A stretch of 64,000 nt of DNA, from assembly GCA_965237415.1 (NCBI GenBank), contig CBDEFM010000002.1, positions 3,296,001-3,360,000 of the forward strand, in the 5' to 3' direction. The translations under genes and the position numbers were made by a program. This document shows, piece after piece, positions 50,858 to 61,911 of the stretch. Source of the DNA: Alphaproteobacteria bacterium (GTDB lineage Bacteria; Pseudomonadota; Alphaproteobacteria; UBA828). Position 1 is the first letter of the stretch, and each line of letters opens with the position of its first letter. A model generated the notes under the pieces. It worked only from the letters and a program-made list of their open reading frames with translations, was not told where the DNA came from and searched no databases.

Positions 50858-51101
50858 GGCTGTCCTTTTTCTTTGGGTCTGGAAACCCCGCAGTTCGAGG
50901 TGCGGGCGGCGGACGTGCCTTCCTCGGTGAGGAGGCTGGCCGGCGGAACCTTAGCTTACGTGGCGATGGTTAGCCATGCGACGACAACGAGGGAGACGCA
51001 CGAGACCATGTGTCAGGCGGAAAAGGGGCACTCCCTGCGGTTACCCAACAGCCGCGATCAGGAGCACCCCATTCTCCCCGACACACATCTCGTGACGTTG
51101 C

Positions 51102-51962
51102 TCACGCCCCTAAGAAGAGGCGCCCGACCTCCGGGTCTTCGAGCAAGGCGCTGCCGGGGCCGGCCATGGCGAGGCGCCCAGAGACGAGGACGTAGCCGAT
51201 ATCGGCGAACTCGAGCCCTTTCTTTGCGTTCTGCTCGACCATCACGATGGTCTTGCCGTCGCGGTGCTGAAGGTCCGCCAGGATCTCGAACACCATGTCG
51301 ATGAAGCGGGGCTCGAGCCCGATGGAGGGCTCGTCAACCAGCAGCACTTCCGGCTCCATGATCAGCGCGCGGGAGATTTCGAGCAGGCGGCGCTCGCCGC
51401 CGGAGAGCACGCCGGCCCTGCGGTGCCGTCGCCGGGCCAGCGTCTCGTAACGGTCGAACACGCGCTCGGCCGCCTGCCTCGCTGCGCCGCGCTTGTTGAG
51501 CAGGAAGCCCCCCATAAGCAGGTTCTCCTCCACCGTCATGTCGGGGAAGACGGAGTTGTCCTGCAGCACATAGGCGACGCCGGCGTCGGCGAGGCGGCGG
51601 CTGGAGGCGAGGCGGGTGACGTCGCTCCCGCCCACGTGAATGCTGCCGGCCATCACGTCGGCGAAGCCGAAGGCGGAATGGAGCACGGTCGACTTGCCGG
51701 CACCGTTGGGGCCGATGAGGCAGAGCGACTGGCCCTGGCCTGCGACGAGGTCGATGCCGTGGAGGATCTCCATGCGGCCGTAGCCTGCGCGCAAGCCCCG
51801 AATGTCGATGGCGGGCTCGCCCTGGCAGAGCGCCTCCAGGTCCTGCCGTGCGGGCCCTTCGCCTGCGAGCTCCCGCGCGGCCTCCTCCACCGCATCCACC
51901 GATAGCGCGGTCTCGAAGTCCATCGGCACGTCGGCGGGCGTGGCGGGGCGCGGCGGGCTCAT
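51102..51962 (-). CDS. livF: HAAT ABC ATPase (LivF-like)
   Basis: GPNGAGKST, LSGGERR, LLVDEPS, VEQN. Confidence 0.92.
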   Translation of the reverse strand: MSPPRPATPADVPMDFETALSVDAVEEAARELAGEGPARQDLEALCQGEPAIDIRGLRAGYGRMEILHGIDLVAGQGQSLCLIGPNGAGKSTVLHSAFGFADVMAGSIHVGGSDVTRLASSRRLADAGVAYVLQDNSVFPDMTVEENLLMGGFLLNKRGAARQAAERVFDRYETLARRRHRRAGVLSGGERRLLEISRALIMEPEVLLVDEPSIGLEPRFIDMVFEILADLQHRDGKTIVMVEQNAKKGLEFADIGYVLVSGRLAMAGPGSALLEDPEVGRLFLGA

Positions 51963-52705
51963 CAGCGCGCCCCCAGATAGGCGTCGATCACGCGCTGATC
52001 GTTGCGCAGCGCGTCGGGCGGGCCGCTCGCCAGCAGGCGCCCGTGGGCCAGGCAATGGATGTGCTCGGCCAGGCTCATGATGACGCGCATGTTGTGCTCG
52101 ATGACGAAGAGCGTGACGCCGAACTCCCGGTTGGCGCGCTGCAGCCGCTCGATCACACCGTTGATCAAGGTCGGGTTGATGCCTGCCGTCGGCTCGTCGA
52201 GCAGCAGCATGCGGGGCCGCACCATCAGCGCCATCGCAAGCTCCAGCAGCTTCCGCTGGCCGAAGGAAAGCTCGCCCGCCATCAGGTGACGCTTGCCGTA
52301 AAGGCCGCAAAAGGCGAGCAGCGCCTCCGCCCGCTCGCGCGTCTCGGCCGAGACCGGCCGCATGAGCTGGAAGAGCCCGTGCCCCGCTTCGGCGTCGCTG
52401 ATCGCCATGTTCTGCAGGCCCGTCATCCGCACGAAGACATGGGTCTGCTGGAAGGTGCGGATCAGCCCGAGGCGCGCGATCTCGGCCGTGCGCAGGCGCG
52501 TGATCTCGCGGTCCTCGAAGCGGATCGAGCCGCCGTCGACCGGGTGGTAGCCGACGATGGAGTTGAACAGCGTCGACTTGCCCGATCCGTTCGGCCCGAT
52601 CAGGCCCACCACCATGCCCTCCGGCACCTCGAACGAGATGTCGTCGTTGGCCGTGATCCCGCCGAAGCGCTTGGAGGCGCCCTGGATCGTGAGCTGCGCG
52701 CTCAT
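51962..52705 (-). CDS. livG: HAAT ABC ATPase (LivG-like)
   Basis: GPNGSGKST, RTFQ, LSFGQRK, LLLDEP, IEHN, AYLG. Confidence 0.92.
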   Translation of the reverse strand: MSAQLTIQGASKRFGGITANDDISFEVPEGMVVGLIGPNGSGKSTLFNSIVGYHPVDGGSIRFEDREITRLRTAEIARLGLIRTFQQTHVFVRMTGLQNMAISDAEAGHGLFQLMRPVSAETRERAEALLAFCGLYGKRHLMAGELSFGQRKLLELAMALMVRPRMLLLDEPTAGINPTLINGVIERLQRANREFGVTLFVIEHNMRVIMSLAEHIHCLAHGRLLASGPPDALRNDQRVIDAYLGAR

Positions 52706-53676
52706 GCCCGCCCGCTCCCGCCCCCGTGATGCGTATGGCGCACGGGCCACCGCGTCCGCGCCCAGCCCAGGATCCCTTGCGGGAAGAAGACCACGATGCC
52801 GACGATGATGACGCCGAGCGCCACGCGCTGCCAACCGAGCAGGTGGGTCCAGAGCAGCTCCTGCGTGATGTGGAAGATGGCGGCGCCGAGCACCGGGCCC
52901 CAGAGCGTTCCCTTGCCGCCCAGGATCGCCATCAGCACCATCCAGACGCCGAAGGTGGCGCCGGCGAAGGCGGTATCCCGCGGGTCGACGAAGCCCAGCA
53001 TGTTGCCCATGGCACCGCCGACGAGACCCAGCACGAAGGCCGCCATGGTCCAGGCCGTGATCTTGTAGAGCCCGGTGTGGAGCCCCATCGCCTCGGCCTT
53101 GTCTTCGTTGTCGCGAATGGCGTTGAGGGCAAGGCCGAAGCGGGTCCGGTAGAGGGCGGCGAGCGCCGCGAAGACGAGCGCAGCCACGCCGAAGAAGAGA
53201 TAGGCGAAGAAGAGGTTCGCGGTCGCCGGCGCCGCCGGGAACAAGGGCGGCGACAAGCCGGAGCCTGCGCCCAGATAGTCCCACCCGCCGGCAATCTCGC
53301 CGGCGGCGATGCCGAGCCCGAGCGTGGCGATGGCGAAGTAGTGGCCCCGCATGCGCAGGATCATCGAGCCCAGCAACACGGCGAGCGTCGCGGCGATAGC
53401 AGCGCCCGTGACCATGCCGAGGACGAGGCCGGGGAAATAGTCGAGGCCCACGTCCCGTTGCACGACCACCGAGGCGTACATGCCGACGCCGAAGAACAGG
53501 ATGTTGCCGAAACTGTTGTAGCCGGTCTGCCCACCGGTGATGTCCCAGGTCTGGGCCATGATGATCAGGGCCCAGAGCATCGCGATCTGCGCCCGGTAGT
53601 CGGGTATCACGAAGGGGAGCGCGACGCCTGCAGCGGCGACGCCCAGCATGAGCAGGGACTGGCGGCGCCCGCTCAC
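52702..53676 (-). CDS. livM: HAAT ABC permease (LivM-like)
   Basis: GYNSFG, RGHYFAIATL, AIRDNE, LGGKGTLWGP. Confidence 0.92.
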   Translation of the reverse strand: MSGRRQSLLMLGVAAAGVALPFVIPDYRAQIAMLWALIIMAQTWDITGGQTGYNSFGNILFFGVGMYASVVVQRDVGLDYFPGLVLGMVTGAAIAATLAVLLGSMILRMRGHYFAIATLGLGIAAGEIAGGWDYLGAGSGLSPPLFPAAPATANLFFAYLFFGVAALVFAALAALYRTRFGLALNAIRDNEDKAEAMGLHTGLYKITAWTMAAFVLGLVGGAMGNMLGFVDPRDTAFAGATFGVWMVLMAILGGKGTLWGPVLGAAIFHITQELLWTHLLGWQRVALGVIIVGIVVFFPQGILGWARTRWPVRHTHHGGGSGRA

Positions 53677-54575
53677 TTGAGGAACTGCCTGCGCCGCTGC
53701 AGCAGGGTGCTGCGGATGACGAGGATCACCACCAGGAGGCAGAAGACGAAGGCGACCTGGTACTGCACGCCCAGGATGAAGCCGGCGAAGTTCTCCGCAG
53801 CGCCCAAGCCCAGGCCCGCCACGATCACGCCCGGCAGGTTGCCGAGGCCCGCCACGATCACGATCATGAAAGAGCGCACGGTGTAGGGCAGCCCGATATA
53901 GGGGTGCACCGAATAGGCCATCACCACCAGCGCGCCGGCGGCCCCGCAGAGCGCGCCGTTGATGCCGTAGGTAACGGCGAAGACGCGGTTCGTGTCGATG
54001 CCCAGAAGGCGCGCGGCCCGCGGGTTCTGCGCGGTCGCGCGGATCGCCTGGCCGATCCTGCTCCTCTTGAGGAAGAGGATCAGCACGCCGCCGATCGCAA
54101 TCGCGCCGCCGCAGGCCGCGACCTTCATCTGCGAGACGGTCACCGTGTAGTCGAGTAGGAACCAGGTGCCGAGCCCCGACTGGGCCGTCTTCACATCGCC
54201 GCCCCAGATCTGGTTCATCAGTTGCTGCAGCAGGATGGAAAGCCCGAACGTGGCCAGCAGCGATATGAACATGTCGCGATCCGCCACCCGCCGGATCACG
54301 ACGTGATGCAGGGCGGCGCCGATGAAATAGAGGACGATCGCCGCCACCGGCACACCCCAGAGCGGGCTCACGCCCCAGAGGGTGAGCTGGTACGTAATGA
54401 AGCCGCCCAACATGACGAGCTCGCCCTGGACGACGTTGATGACGTTCATCACGCCCCAGACCAGCGCCATGCCATAGGCCGCGACGGCGAAGATCGCGCC
54501 GACCATCAGCCCGTCCAGTAACAGCTGGAGGATGAGGAACGGCGCGTCCCCTAAGAGCGCGACGTTAGCCCGCAT
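53673..54575 (-). CDS. livH: HAAT ABC permease (LivH-like); present start codon lies in the MITE terminal repeat
   Basis: GMALVWGVMNVIN..QGE, GQAIRATAQN, AGLGNLPG; inferred ancestral ATG at 54842. Confidence 0.88.
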   Translation of the reverse strand: MRANVALLGDAPFLILQLLLDGLMVGAIFAVAAYGMALVWGVMNVINVVQGELVMLGGFITYQLTLWGVSPLWGVPVAAIVLYFIGAALHHVVIRRVADRDMFISLLATFGLSILLQQLMNQIWGGDVKTAQSGLGTWFLLDYTVTVSQMKVAACGGAIAIGGVLILFLKRSRIGQAIRATAQNPRAARLLGIDTNRVFAVTYGINGALCGAAGALVVMAYSVHPYIGLPYTVRSFMIVIVAGLGNLPGVIVAGLGLGAAENFAGFILGVQYQVAFVFCLLVVILVIRSTLLQRRRQFLK

Positions 54576-54832
54576 TTCTCGCCACGGTCATGACCTGCGC
54601 GGCGCTTTCCGGCCGCCAGGGCAGGAGAGGCGCGCAGCGCGATGTGGGGCATCGGGCAAGCGCCTCGACGTACCCTGTCGGCCGGAAAGCGCCGCCCTTC
54701 GGGTCGCGTCCAGGCGTCCGCCCGCGGCGTCGTGGGCCTCAACCGTATTCCCCGATACGCTTTTCGGCCCGCTCCTGGCGGCTCGAACGCCTGGACGCGA
54801 CGCAGGCCGTGACCCTGGCGAGAAATGCGGGC
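54568..54832. mobile_element. 265-bp MITE/palindromic element with TA target duplication
   Basis: 32-bp terminal inverted repeats (29/32 match, starting GCCCGCATTTCTCGCCA), TA at 54566-67 and 54833-34, two internal long hairpins. Confidence 0.85.
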
Positions 54833-54925
54833 TAACTGCCATGTCGATCCGGCCGGGGTGAGTCTCGCGGCCGTTAGCGCGAGCCGGTCAGGTCTCCGCG
54901 CGCGAGCGGTGCGCGCGGGCCACGC

Positions 54926-56164
54926 TCACCGCTCGGACCACGGCGGGGTCGGATGGCGAACCTCGGAGGCGGCCCAATTGGTCGGCGCGACCACCACGTA
55001 GGCGCCGTCCTGGATTTGGTAGAGCACCATCGGCTTTGCGATGTTCTTGCCGGTCTCGTCGAACTTGATGTTGCCGTAGAAGGTCTGCGTCTCCGTGGCC
55101 GCGAGCGCATCGCGCACCGCGTCCTTGTCGAAGTCGCCGGCGCGCTCGAAAGCGTCGGCGAAGACCAGCACCGCGGCAGCGGATTCGGCTGCCTGATAGG
55201 GCGGCGCGTAGCCGTACTCCGCTTCAAACGTCGCGGCGAAATCGGCCGCGGAGCCGAAGGTGTCGTCGCCATAGGAGAGAGTCGGCGCCCACTGACTCGC
55301 GCAGAGCGTGTACTCCGACGCGGCACCGAACTTGCCGATCACGTCGGCGCTGTCGCAATGCGTGATCGCCAGCATCGGCACATCGACCCGCATCTCCTCG
55401 ACCTGACGGATGGCGAGCGCCGCACCCTTGGAGTGGCCGGAGACGACGAGGATGTCGGGCTTCAGCGCCTTCGTCTTGGCCAGCGTCGCCGCCATGTCGT
55501 TGAGCTCGGGCGGCAGCTGGTCGTCGATCACGACCTGGATGCCGAAACTCGCGGCATCGGCGAGGACGCCGGCGCGAATGTCCTGGCTGAAGGGATCGTT
55601 CTCGAAAACCGCGGCGAGCTTCAACGTCGCCGGGTCGCGCCCCTCGCGCTCGGCAAGCTCGGCCGCAAGCGCGACCGCGCTCGCGAGATACTGCTCGGTG
55701 GTCGACAGCACCGCGAAGAGATAACGGTACCCCTTGTTGAAGAGCTGGAGCGATGCCCCGTTCGCCTCCACCATGGGCACGCCGTACTGCTCGGTGACCG
55801 GCGCGATCGCCTTCGTGAGCCCCGAGCTGTACGGGCCCAGCATGAACTCGACGCCGTCCTGATTGATCAGCCGCTCGGCGAGCTGCGCGCCCCTCGCAGG
55901 CGTCGATTCATCGTCGTAGTAGATGATTTCGAGACGATATGTCTTGCCGCTGACCGAAATCCCGCCGGCGTCATTGATCGTCTTGACGGCCAAGTCGTAG
56001 CCGCGCCGGGTGTGCTCGCCGGCGGTGGTGTACTTCCCCGTCAACGACACCGCGGCGCCGAGATAGACGGTATCGCCCTCCACCTTCGCCTGTGCCTCGC
56101 CTGCGGCGAGAATGCTCAGGCCCAGAGCTGCGATGGCGACGGTACTGGCCCATTCTTTCCACAT
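54926..56164 (-). CDS. HAAT amino-acid ABC substrate-binding protein
   Basis: Signal peptide, GAAVSLTGKY, YYDDES, LGPYSSG, FYGNIKFD; GGAGG RBS before ATG 56164. Confidence 0.92.
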   Translation of the reverse strand: MWKEWASTVAIAALGLSILAAGEAQAKVEGDTVYLGAAVSLTGKYTTAGEHTRRGYDLAVKTINDAGGISVSGKTYRLEIIYYDDESTPARGAQLAERLINQDGVEFMLGPYSSGLTKAIAPVTEQYGVPMVEANGASLQLFNKGYRYLFAVLSTTEQYLASAVALAAELAEREGRDPATLKLAAVFENDPFSQDIRAGVLADAASFGIQVVIDDQLPPELNDMAATLAKTKALKPDILVVSGHSKGAALAIRQVEEMRVDVPMLAITHCDSADVIGKFGAASEYTLCASQWAPTLSYGDDTFGSAADFAATFEAEYGYAPPYQAAESAAAVLVFADAFERAGDFDKDAVRDALAATETQTFYGNIKFDETGKNIAKPMVLYQIQDGAYVVVAPTNWAASEVRHPTPPWSER

Positions 56165-56275
56165 GACGACCCTCCGATGGCGGCTGGTTGGCGCGTTCCT
56201 CAATGGTGGCGAAGGCCGGCGGCACTGTCCACCGCCTTCCCCACCGCTATGCCGGAGCGGAATACGGTTTCCCAC

Positions 56276-57421
56276 CTACCACTGCGAGCGCGCGTCGATC
56301 GGCCAGATGTCCACCAGCGTGTCGCCCCGCACGCAGTGATAGACGTCGTAGTGCGTGAGCGTCTGGTAGCAGTGCGGCGTGATGCATTCCAGCGCGTCCC
56401 CGACCTGCGGCAGGCGAGCGCCTTCCGGCACGGTGACGCGGCCCATGTCGTCGCCGACCAGCTCGTAGAGCGAGTCCGGGTGCGCGCCCGCGGCGACGCG
56501 GGGCGGGAACTCCTCGCGCGCGAGTTCCTTGATTCCGGCGTCGGTGATCGCGAATTCGTCCCGCACGCTGATCACCGTGGTGCGCACGAAGAGCGACGTT
56601 TCGAAGGGATGCGGGTTGTCAGGCTCGAAGGGCGTATCCGCGTAGTTCACGTCCATGAAGATGTAGCTGCCGGCCTGGCATTCGGTGAAGAAGCCGGCGG
56701 CCGCGTCGATCGCATAGGTACCGGTGCCGCCGCCGGAGACGATCTCCGGCGCGAGGTCTGCCGCGGCGAGACGCTCGCACAGCGTCACGAGTGGGGCGGT
56801 GCAGCGCTCCTGCTCCGCACGGCGGGCGGCGAAATCATGCTCGCGCTGGAAGGAGCCGTTGTAGCCCTGGATGCCGGCATAGACCGCGCCCTCGGTCTCG
56901 GCGATGTGGCGTGCGAGCGCCACCGCATCCTCCACCGAGACGAGGCCGGTGCGCCGGCCGCCGACCTCAAAATCCACCAGCATGCGGAGCGGCTTTCCGG
57001 CCGCCTGCGCGGCCGCGGCGAGGCGGTCCACCACGGCCGCGTCGTCGACGGCGACGAGCAGTCCGTCGGCGCGTGCGTTGAGCTGGGCGAGGCGGTCAAT
57101 CTTGGGCTCGGTCACGACCTGGGAGAAGAGCAGCACCCCCGGGATGCCGGCATCGGCCATGATCTCGGCCTCGGCCAGCGTCGCGCAGCATTGGCCGAGC
57201 GCGCCCGCCTCGATCTGGCGCTTCGCGACCTCCACCGACTTATGGATCTTGGCGACCGGCCGGACTCCGTGGCCCGCCTTGCCGAGATAGTCGGCGAGAT
57301 AGGCGATGTTGCGCTCCAGCCGGTCGAGGTCGAGCACCAGCGCCGGGGTTGAGAGCGCCGTGCGCGATCCCTGCTGGCCGATCAGCGATTCGTTGGGGCC
57401 GAGCCTTCCGATAGCGCCCAT
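56276..57421 (-). CDS. DSD1/D-threonine aldolase family PLP enzyme (fold III)
   Basis: TPALVLD, RPVAKIHKS, RTG, SGGGTGT, ECQAGSYIFMD, PHC. Confidence 0.88.
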   Translation of the reverse strand: MGAIGRLGPNESLIGQQGSRTALSTPALVLDLDRLERNIAYLADYLGKAGHGVRPVAKIHKSVEVAKRQIEAGALGQCCATLAEAEIMADAGIPGVLLFSQVVTEPKIDRLAQLNARADGLLVAVDDAAVVDRLAAAAQAAGKPLRMLVDFEVGGRRTGLVSVEDAVALARHIAETEGAVYAGIQGYNGSFQREHDFAARRAEQERCTAPLVTLCERLAAADLAPEIVSGGGTGTYAIDAAAGFFTECQAGSYIFMDVNYADTPFEPDNPHPFETSLFVRTTVISVRDEFAITDAGIKELAREEFPPRVAAGAHPDSLYELVGDDMGRVTVPEGARLPQVGDALECITPHCYQTLTHYDVYHCVRGDTLVDIWPIDARSQW

Positions 57422-57583
57422 GACACTGTCCCATCTGTTGTTGACCGCGCGTGCCCATCGAATATCAGGCTGCGCGTACGGTCAAATCGCGGCCGGCGCC
57501 CCGCCCGCAGCGCCTTGCCGCCGCGCAGACATGACCCCGGTGGGAATTCCGGGTATAGGGTCCGGCAGCGGAGGAGGATGGAT

Positions 57584-58138
57584 ATGGCAGACGACAAGAA
57601 CGCGGCCGAAGGGCAACGCGGCCCGACGGCTCCCGCGGCGGGGCCGGTGCGGGCGCTCGATCATGTCGGCATCTCGGTGCCCGACATCGACGCCGCCGTC
57701 GCCTGGTATCGCGATATCCTCGGCTGCTACGTGCTGATGGAGCCGATCGAGGGTTACGCCGACGACAGCTATTTCGGCCAGATCGTCGCCGACATCTTCG
57801 GCGCCGACTTCAAGGGCATGAAGATCGCCCATCTGGCGACGGCCGACGGAGTCGGCATCGAGCTCTTCCAGTTCGTCGCCAACGCCCCGCAGGAGGAGCA
57901 TTTCGCCTACTGGAAGACCGGCATCTATCACATCTGCATCCTGGAGCCCGACATCGAGGGCCTGGCGAAGCGGATCGACGAGAGCGGCGGGCGGCAGCGC
58001 AGCAAGGTGTGGAAGCTCTGGCCCGACAAGCCCTACAAGGTCTGCTATTGCGAAGACCCCTGGGGCACCATCATCGAGGTCAGCTCCCACCCCTACATCA
58101 TGGCCTGGTCAAACTTCATCCCGTCGCATGGGGAGTGA
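57584..58138 (+). CDS. VOC/lactoylglutathione lyase family protein
   Basis: HVGISVPD, GIELFQF, YHICI, YCEDPWGTIIE; GGAGG RBS. Confidence 0.9.
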   Translation: MADDKNAAEGQRGPTAPAAGPVRALDHVGISVPDIDAAVAWYRDILGCYVLMEPIEGYADDSYFGQIVADIFGADFKGMKIAHLATADGVGIELFQFVANAPQEEHFAYWKTGIYHICILEPDIEGLAKRIDESGGRQRSKVWKLWPDKPYKVCYCEDPWGTIIEVSSHPYIMAWSNFIPSHGE

Positions 58139-58246
58139 GGGACGGCGCCGCGCGGACATAACGGACTCGCGCCTCCCGGCCCCTGCGATATACTCCGCAA
58201 CCGGAATTTCGCCTCCCGCCCCGCAATCACCGAGACGCGCCCGGCG

Positions 58247-58528
58247 ATGAACGCGTTGGCCGACCTTATCCACGCCGTCTTCTCGATCTACATTTACGTG
58301 CTGATCGCGTCGGCGCTGTTCAGTTGGCTGGTGGCATTCAACGTGGTCAACACGAGCAACCGCTTCGTGTTCACGCTGCTGAGGTTCCTTCACCGGATCA
58401 CCGAGCCTGCGCTTCGGCCGATCCGGCGCATCATCCCCAACCTCGGCGGCATCGACATTTCGCCGATCATCCTGATTCTGATTCTCTACTTCGCCCGCGA
58501 CCTCATCGTGGACAACATCGTCCAGTGA
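58247..58528 (+). CDS. yggT: YggT family membrane protein
   Basis: [32 protein letters not shown]. Confidence 0.92.
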   Translation: MNALADLIHAVFSIYIYVLIASALFSWLVAFNVVNTSNRFVFTLLRFLHRITEPALRPIRRIIPNLGGIDISPIILILILYFARDLIVDNIVQ

Positions 58529-58598
58529 GTCGTCCGCGAGCGGCTCGTCCGTGCGCCCGCCGGTTCGTCCTACGCACATGCCTTTGTGAGGCATACCC

Positions 58599-59480
58599 AT
58601 GAGCGACGCGGTCATCATCGACGGCAAGGCATTCGCGGCCGATCTCAGGGCTGAGGTCGGGCGCAGGGCGGCGCTCGTGAAGGAGCAGCACGGCTTGGTG
58701 CCGGGCCTTTCGGTCGTGCTCGTGGGCGACGACCCTGCGAGCCACGTCTACGTCCGCAACAAGGGCAAGGCGACCGCCGCCGCCGGCATGGATTCGCAGG
58801 AGTACCGGCTGCCCGATAGCGCGACCCACGAGGAAGTGTTGGAGACTGTCGAGAGGTTGAACGCCGACGACTCCGTGCACGGGATCCTGGTGCAGCTTCC
58901 CTTGCCCGCTCAGGTGGACTCCAACGCGATCATCAATTCCATCGACCCGGACAAGGACGTGGACGGCTTCCACACCACCAATGTGGGCCGGCTGACCACC
59001 GGGCAGGAGAGCCTGGTGCCGTGCACGCCGCTCGGTTGCATGCTCATGCTGCGCCACTTCGTGGGCGAGCTGAAAGGCAAGCGGGCGATGATCGTCGGCC
59101 GCTCCAACATCGTCGGCAAGCCCATGGCGTCGCTCTTGCTTCGCGAGCATTGCACCGTGACCGTCGGCCACTCGCGCACCCAGGACCTCCCCGGCGAGTG
59201 CCGGCGCGCGGATGTCCTCATCGCGGCCGTCGGGCGGGCCGAGATGATCCGGGGCGATTGGGTCAAGCCGGGTGCTGCGGTCATCGATGTCGGAATCAAC
59301 CGAGTGCCGGCGGGCGAGAAGACCAGGCTGGTGGGCGACGTCTGCTTCGAGGAGGCGGTGGAGAACGCCGGCTGGATCACGCCTGTGCCCGGCGGCGTCG
59401 GGCCGATGACGATCGCGTGCCTGCTCAAGAACACGCTGACCGCCGCCTGCCGCCGGCACGGGATCGACGAGCCGGAGTGA
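58599..59480 (+). CDS. folD: Methylene-THF dehydrogenase/cyclohydrolase
   Basis: [43 protein letters not shown]. Confidence 0.97.
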   Translation: MSDAVIIDGKAFAADLRAEVGRRAALVKEQHGLVPGLSVVLVGDDPASHVYVRNKGKATAAAGMDSQEYRLPDSATHEEVLETVERLNADDSVHGILVQLPLPAQVDSNAIINSIDPDKDVDGFHTTNVGRLTTGQESLVPCTPLGCMLMLRHFVGELKGKRAMIVGRSNIVGKPMASLLLREHCTVTVGHSRTQDLPGECRRADVLIAAVGRAEMIRGDWVKPGAAVIDVGINRVPAGEKTRLVGDVCFEEAVENAGWITPVPGGVGPMTIACLLKNTLTAACRRHGIDEPE

Positions 59481-59513
59481 GGCGTCCGGCGGCGACCTCA
59501 GGCAGCGCTATCG

Positions 59514-60284
59514 ATGACCGGCAGGTTCCTGCCCGGCGTTCCGGGGCCGGCAATCGAAGCGATATTCAACGCGGCCCCGGGCAACGAAATCGCGACCGGG
59601 AAATTCGACAGCCCGGAGTCGTCCGCTGCCCTCGCCGCCAATGCTTTCGGATTCTTTCTCAAGAAGCCATCGAACTTGCCGGCTCTGCCGGGCTGTCACG
59701 GCGAGACCTGGCCGGCCCGTTCGCTTGCGCTCGAAGCCGAGGTTCGCTTCCCGTGGAGCGGTGGGCGGCATCCCGTTTTCGATTGTCTCGTGACGACGCC
59801 ATCCGCATTCATCGGCATCGAATCAAAACGATTCGAGCCGTTCAGAAGCAAGAAAGAGTCGGCGTTGAGCGACGCATATTGGCGTCCGGTCTGGGGCGAA
59901 CGCATGAAGGGATACGAACGCATTCGCGACGGATTGCGCAGCGAACCGCGCCGCTACGAGCAACTGGATTCGGCTCAACTGTTCAAGCATGCCTTTGCGC
60001 TCCGAACCGCGGTCCACAAGAAGCTCGAGTTGCGCGGCCTCGCGCCCATACTCTTCTATGTCTATGCGGAGCCGGAAATCTGGCCGGCAAGCGGAAAAGC
60101 GGTGGATGACGGAGCAAGGGCCCGGCACTGGGAAGAGATCGAATGTTTCGCGGCAGCGGTGGCCGGTGACGGAGTAATCTTCGCGGCCTGTTCATGGCGG
60201 ATGCTCCTGGAGTCATGGGCGCGACATGAGGGTGGTGGCATTCGCGCCCACGCGGATGCCGTGGTCGAGCGCTACTCGCCCTGA
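59514..60284 (+). CDS. Putative PD-(D/E)XK restriction-endonuclease-like protein
   Basis: SSAALAAN, LE...F, D..(x9)..IESK..E, QLFKH. Confidence 0.65.
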   Translation: MTGRFLPGVPGPAIEAIFNAAPGNEIATGKFDSPESSAALAANAFGFFLKKPSNLPALPGCHGETWPARSLALEAEVRFPWSGGRHPVFDCLVTTPSAFIGIESKRFEPFRSKKESALSDAYWRPVWGERMKGYERIRDGLRSEPRRYEQLDSAQLFKHAFALRTAVHKKLELRGLAPILFYVYAEPEIWPASGKAVDDGARARHWEEIECFAAAVAGDGVIFAACSWRMLLESWARHEGGGIRAHADAVVERYSP

Positions 60285-60332
60285 AAGACCAACCAGTAGC
60301 GCTCGCCGCTTGAGTGGCGGCAGGTGTGCGGG

Positions 60333-61533
<1,201 letters not shown>

Positions 61534-61541
<8 letters not shown>

Positions 61542-61908
61542 CGTCGCGTCTCCTCTTCGGCCTGCGGGTGATGCCGCGGCCCCTGCGGGCCGGCTGCTCG
61601 CTCGGCCGCGTGCTTCGCCTGAACCGGCCCCTGAATTTCTCGGGCGTGGGCGGATCGTAGCCCGGCCCGTCCGCAAGCTCGTGGGGCGTGTCGATTGCGG
61701 GCCAGCGCACGAACGCGAAGACCCAGATCATGATCACCGGCACGCCGATCAGGAGGCCCATGCCGATGTGGATCGGCGTGAAGAGGCCGATGAAGGGAAT
61801 CGTCATGAGGTGGGACCACCAGGGCGAATGCCCGGCCTTGCCGAAGATGCGCCAGAACATCCAGAGCATGATGACCACGACCGCGAGGTACTGAAGGACG
61901 CCGATCAT
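61534..61908 (-). CDS. Small membrane protein
   Basis: [11 protein letters not shown]...FAFVRWP; TM helices; overlaps argG start. Confidence 0.65.
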
Positions 61909-61911
61909 GGT

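Noticed and set aside
54588-54590. In-frame TGA in the MITE-livH reading frame as a second selenocysteine codon
   Set aside because: No Cys-homologous context or convincing SECIS; explained by TIR divergence
54953-57352. Long antisense ORFs (also 33569-35785, 43948-46143, 61681-63723, 29837-31729)
   Set aside because: Mirror frames of well-supported genes, expected in high-GC DNA; no recognisable motifs
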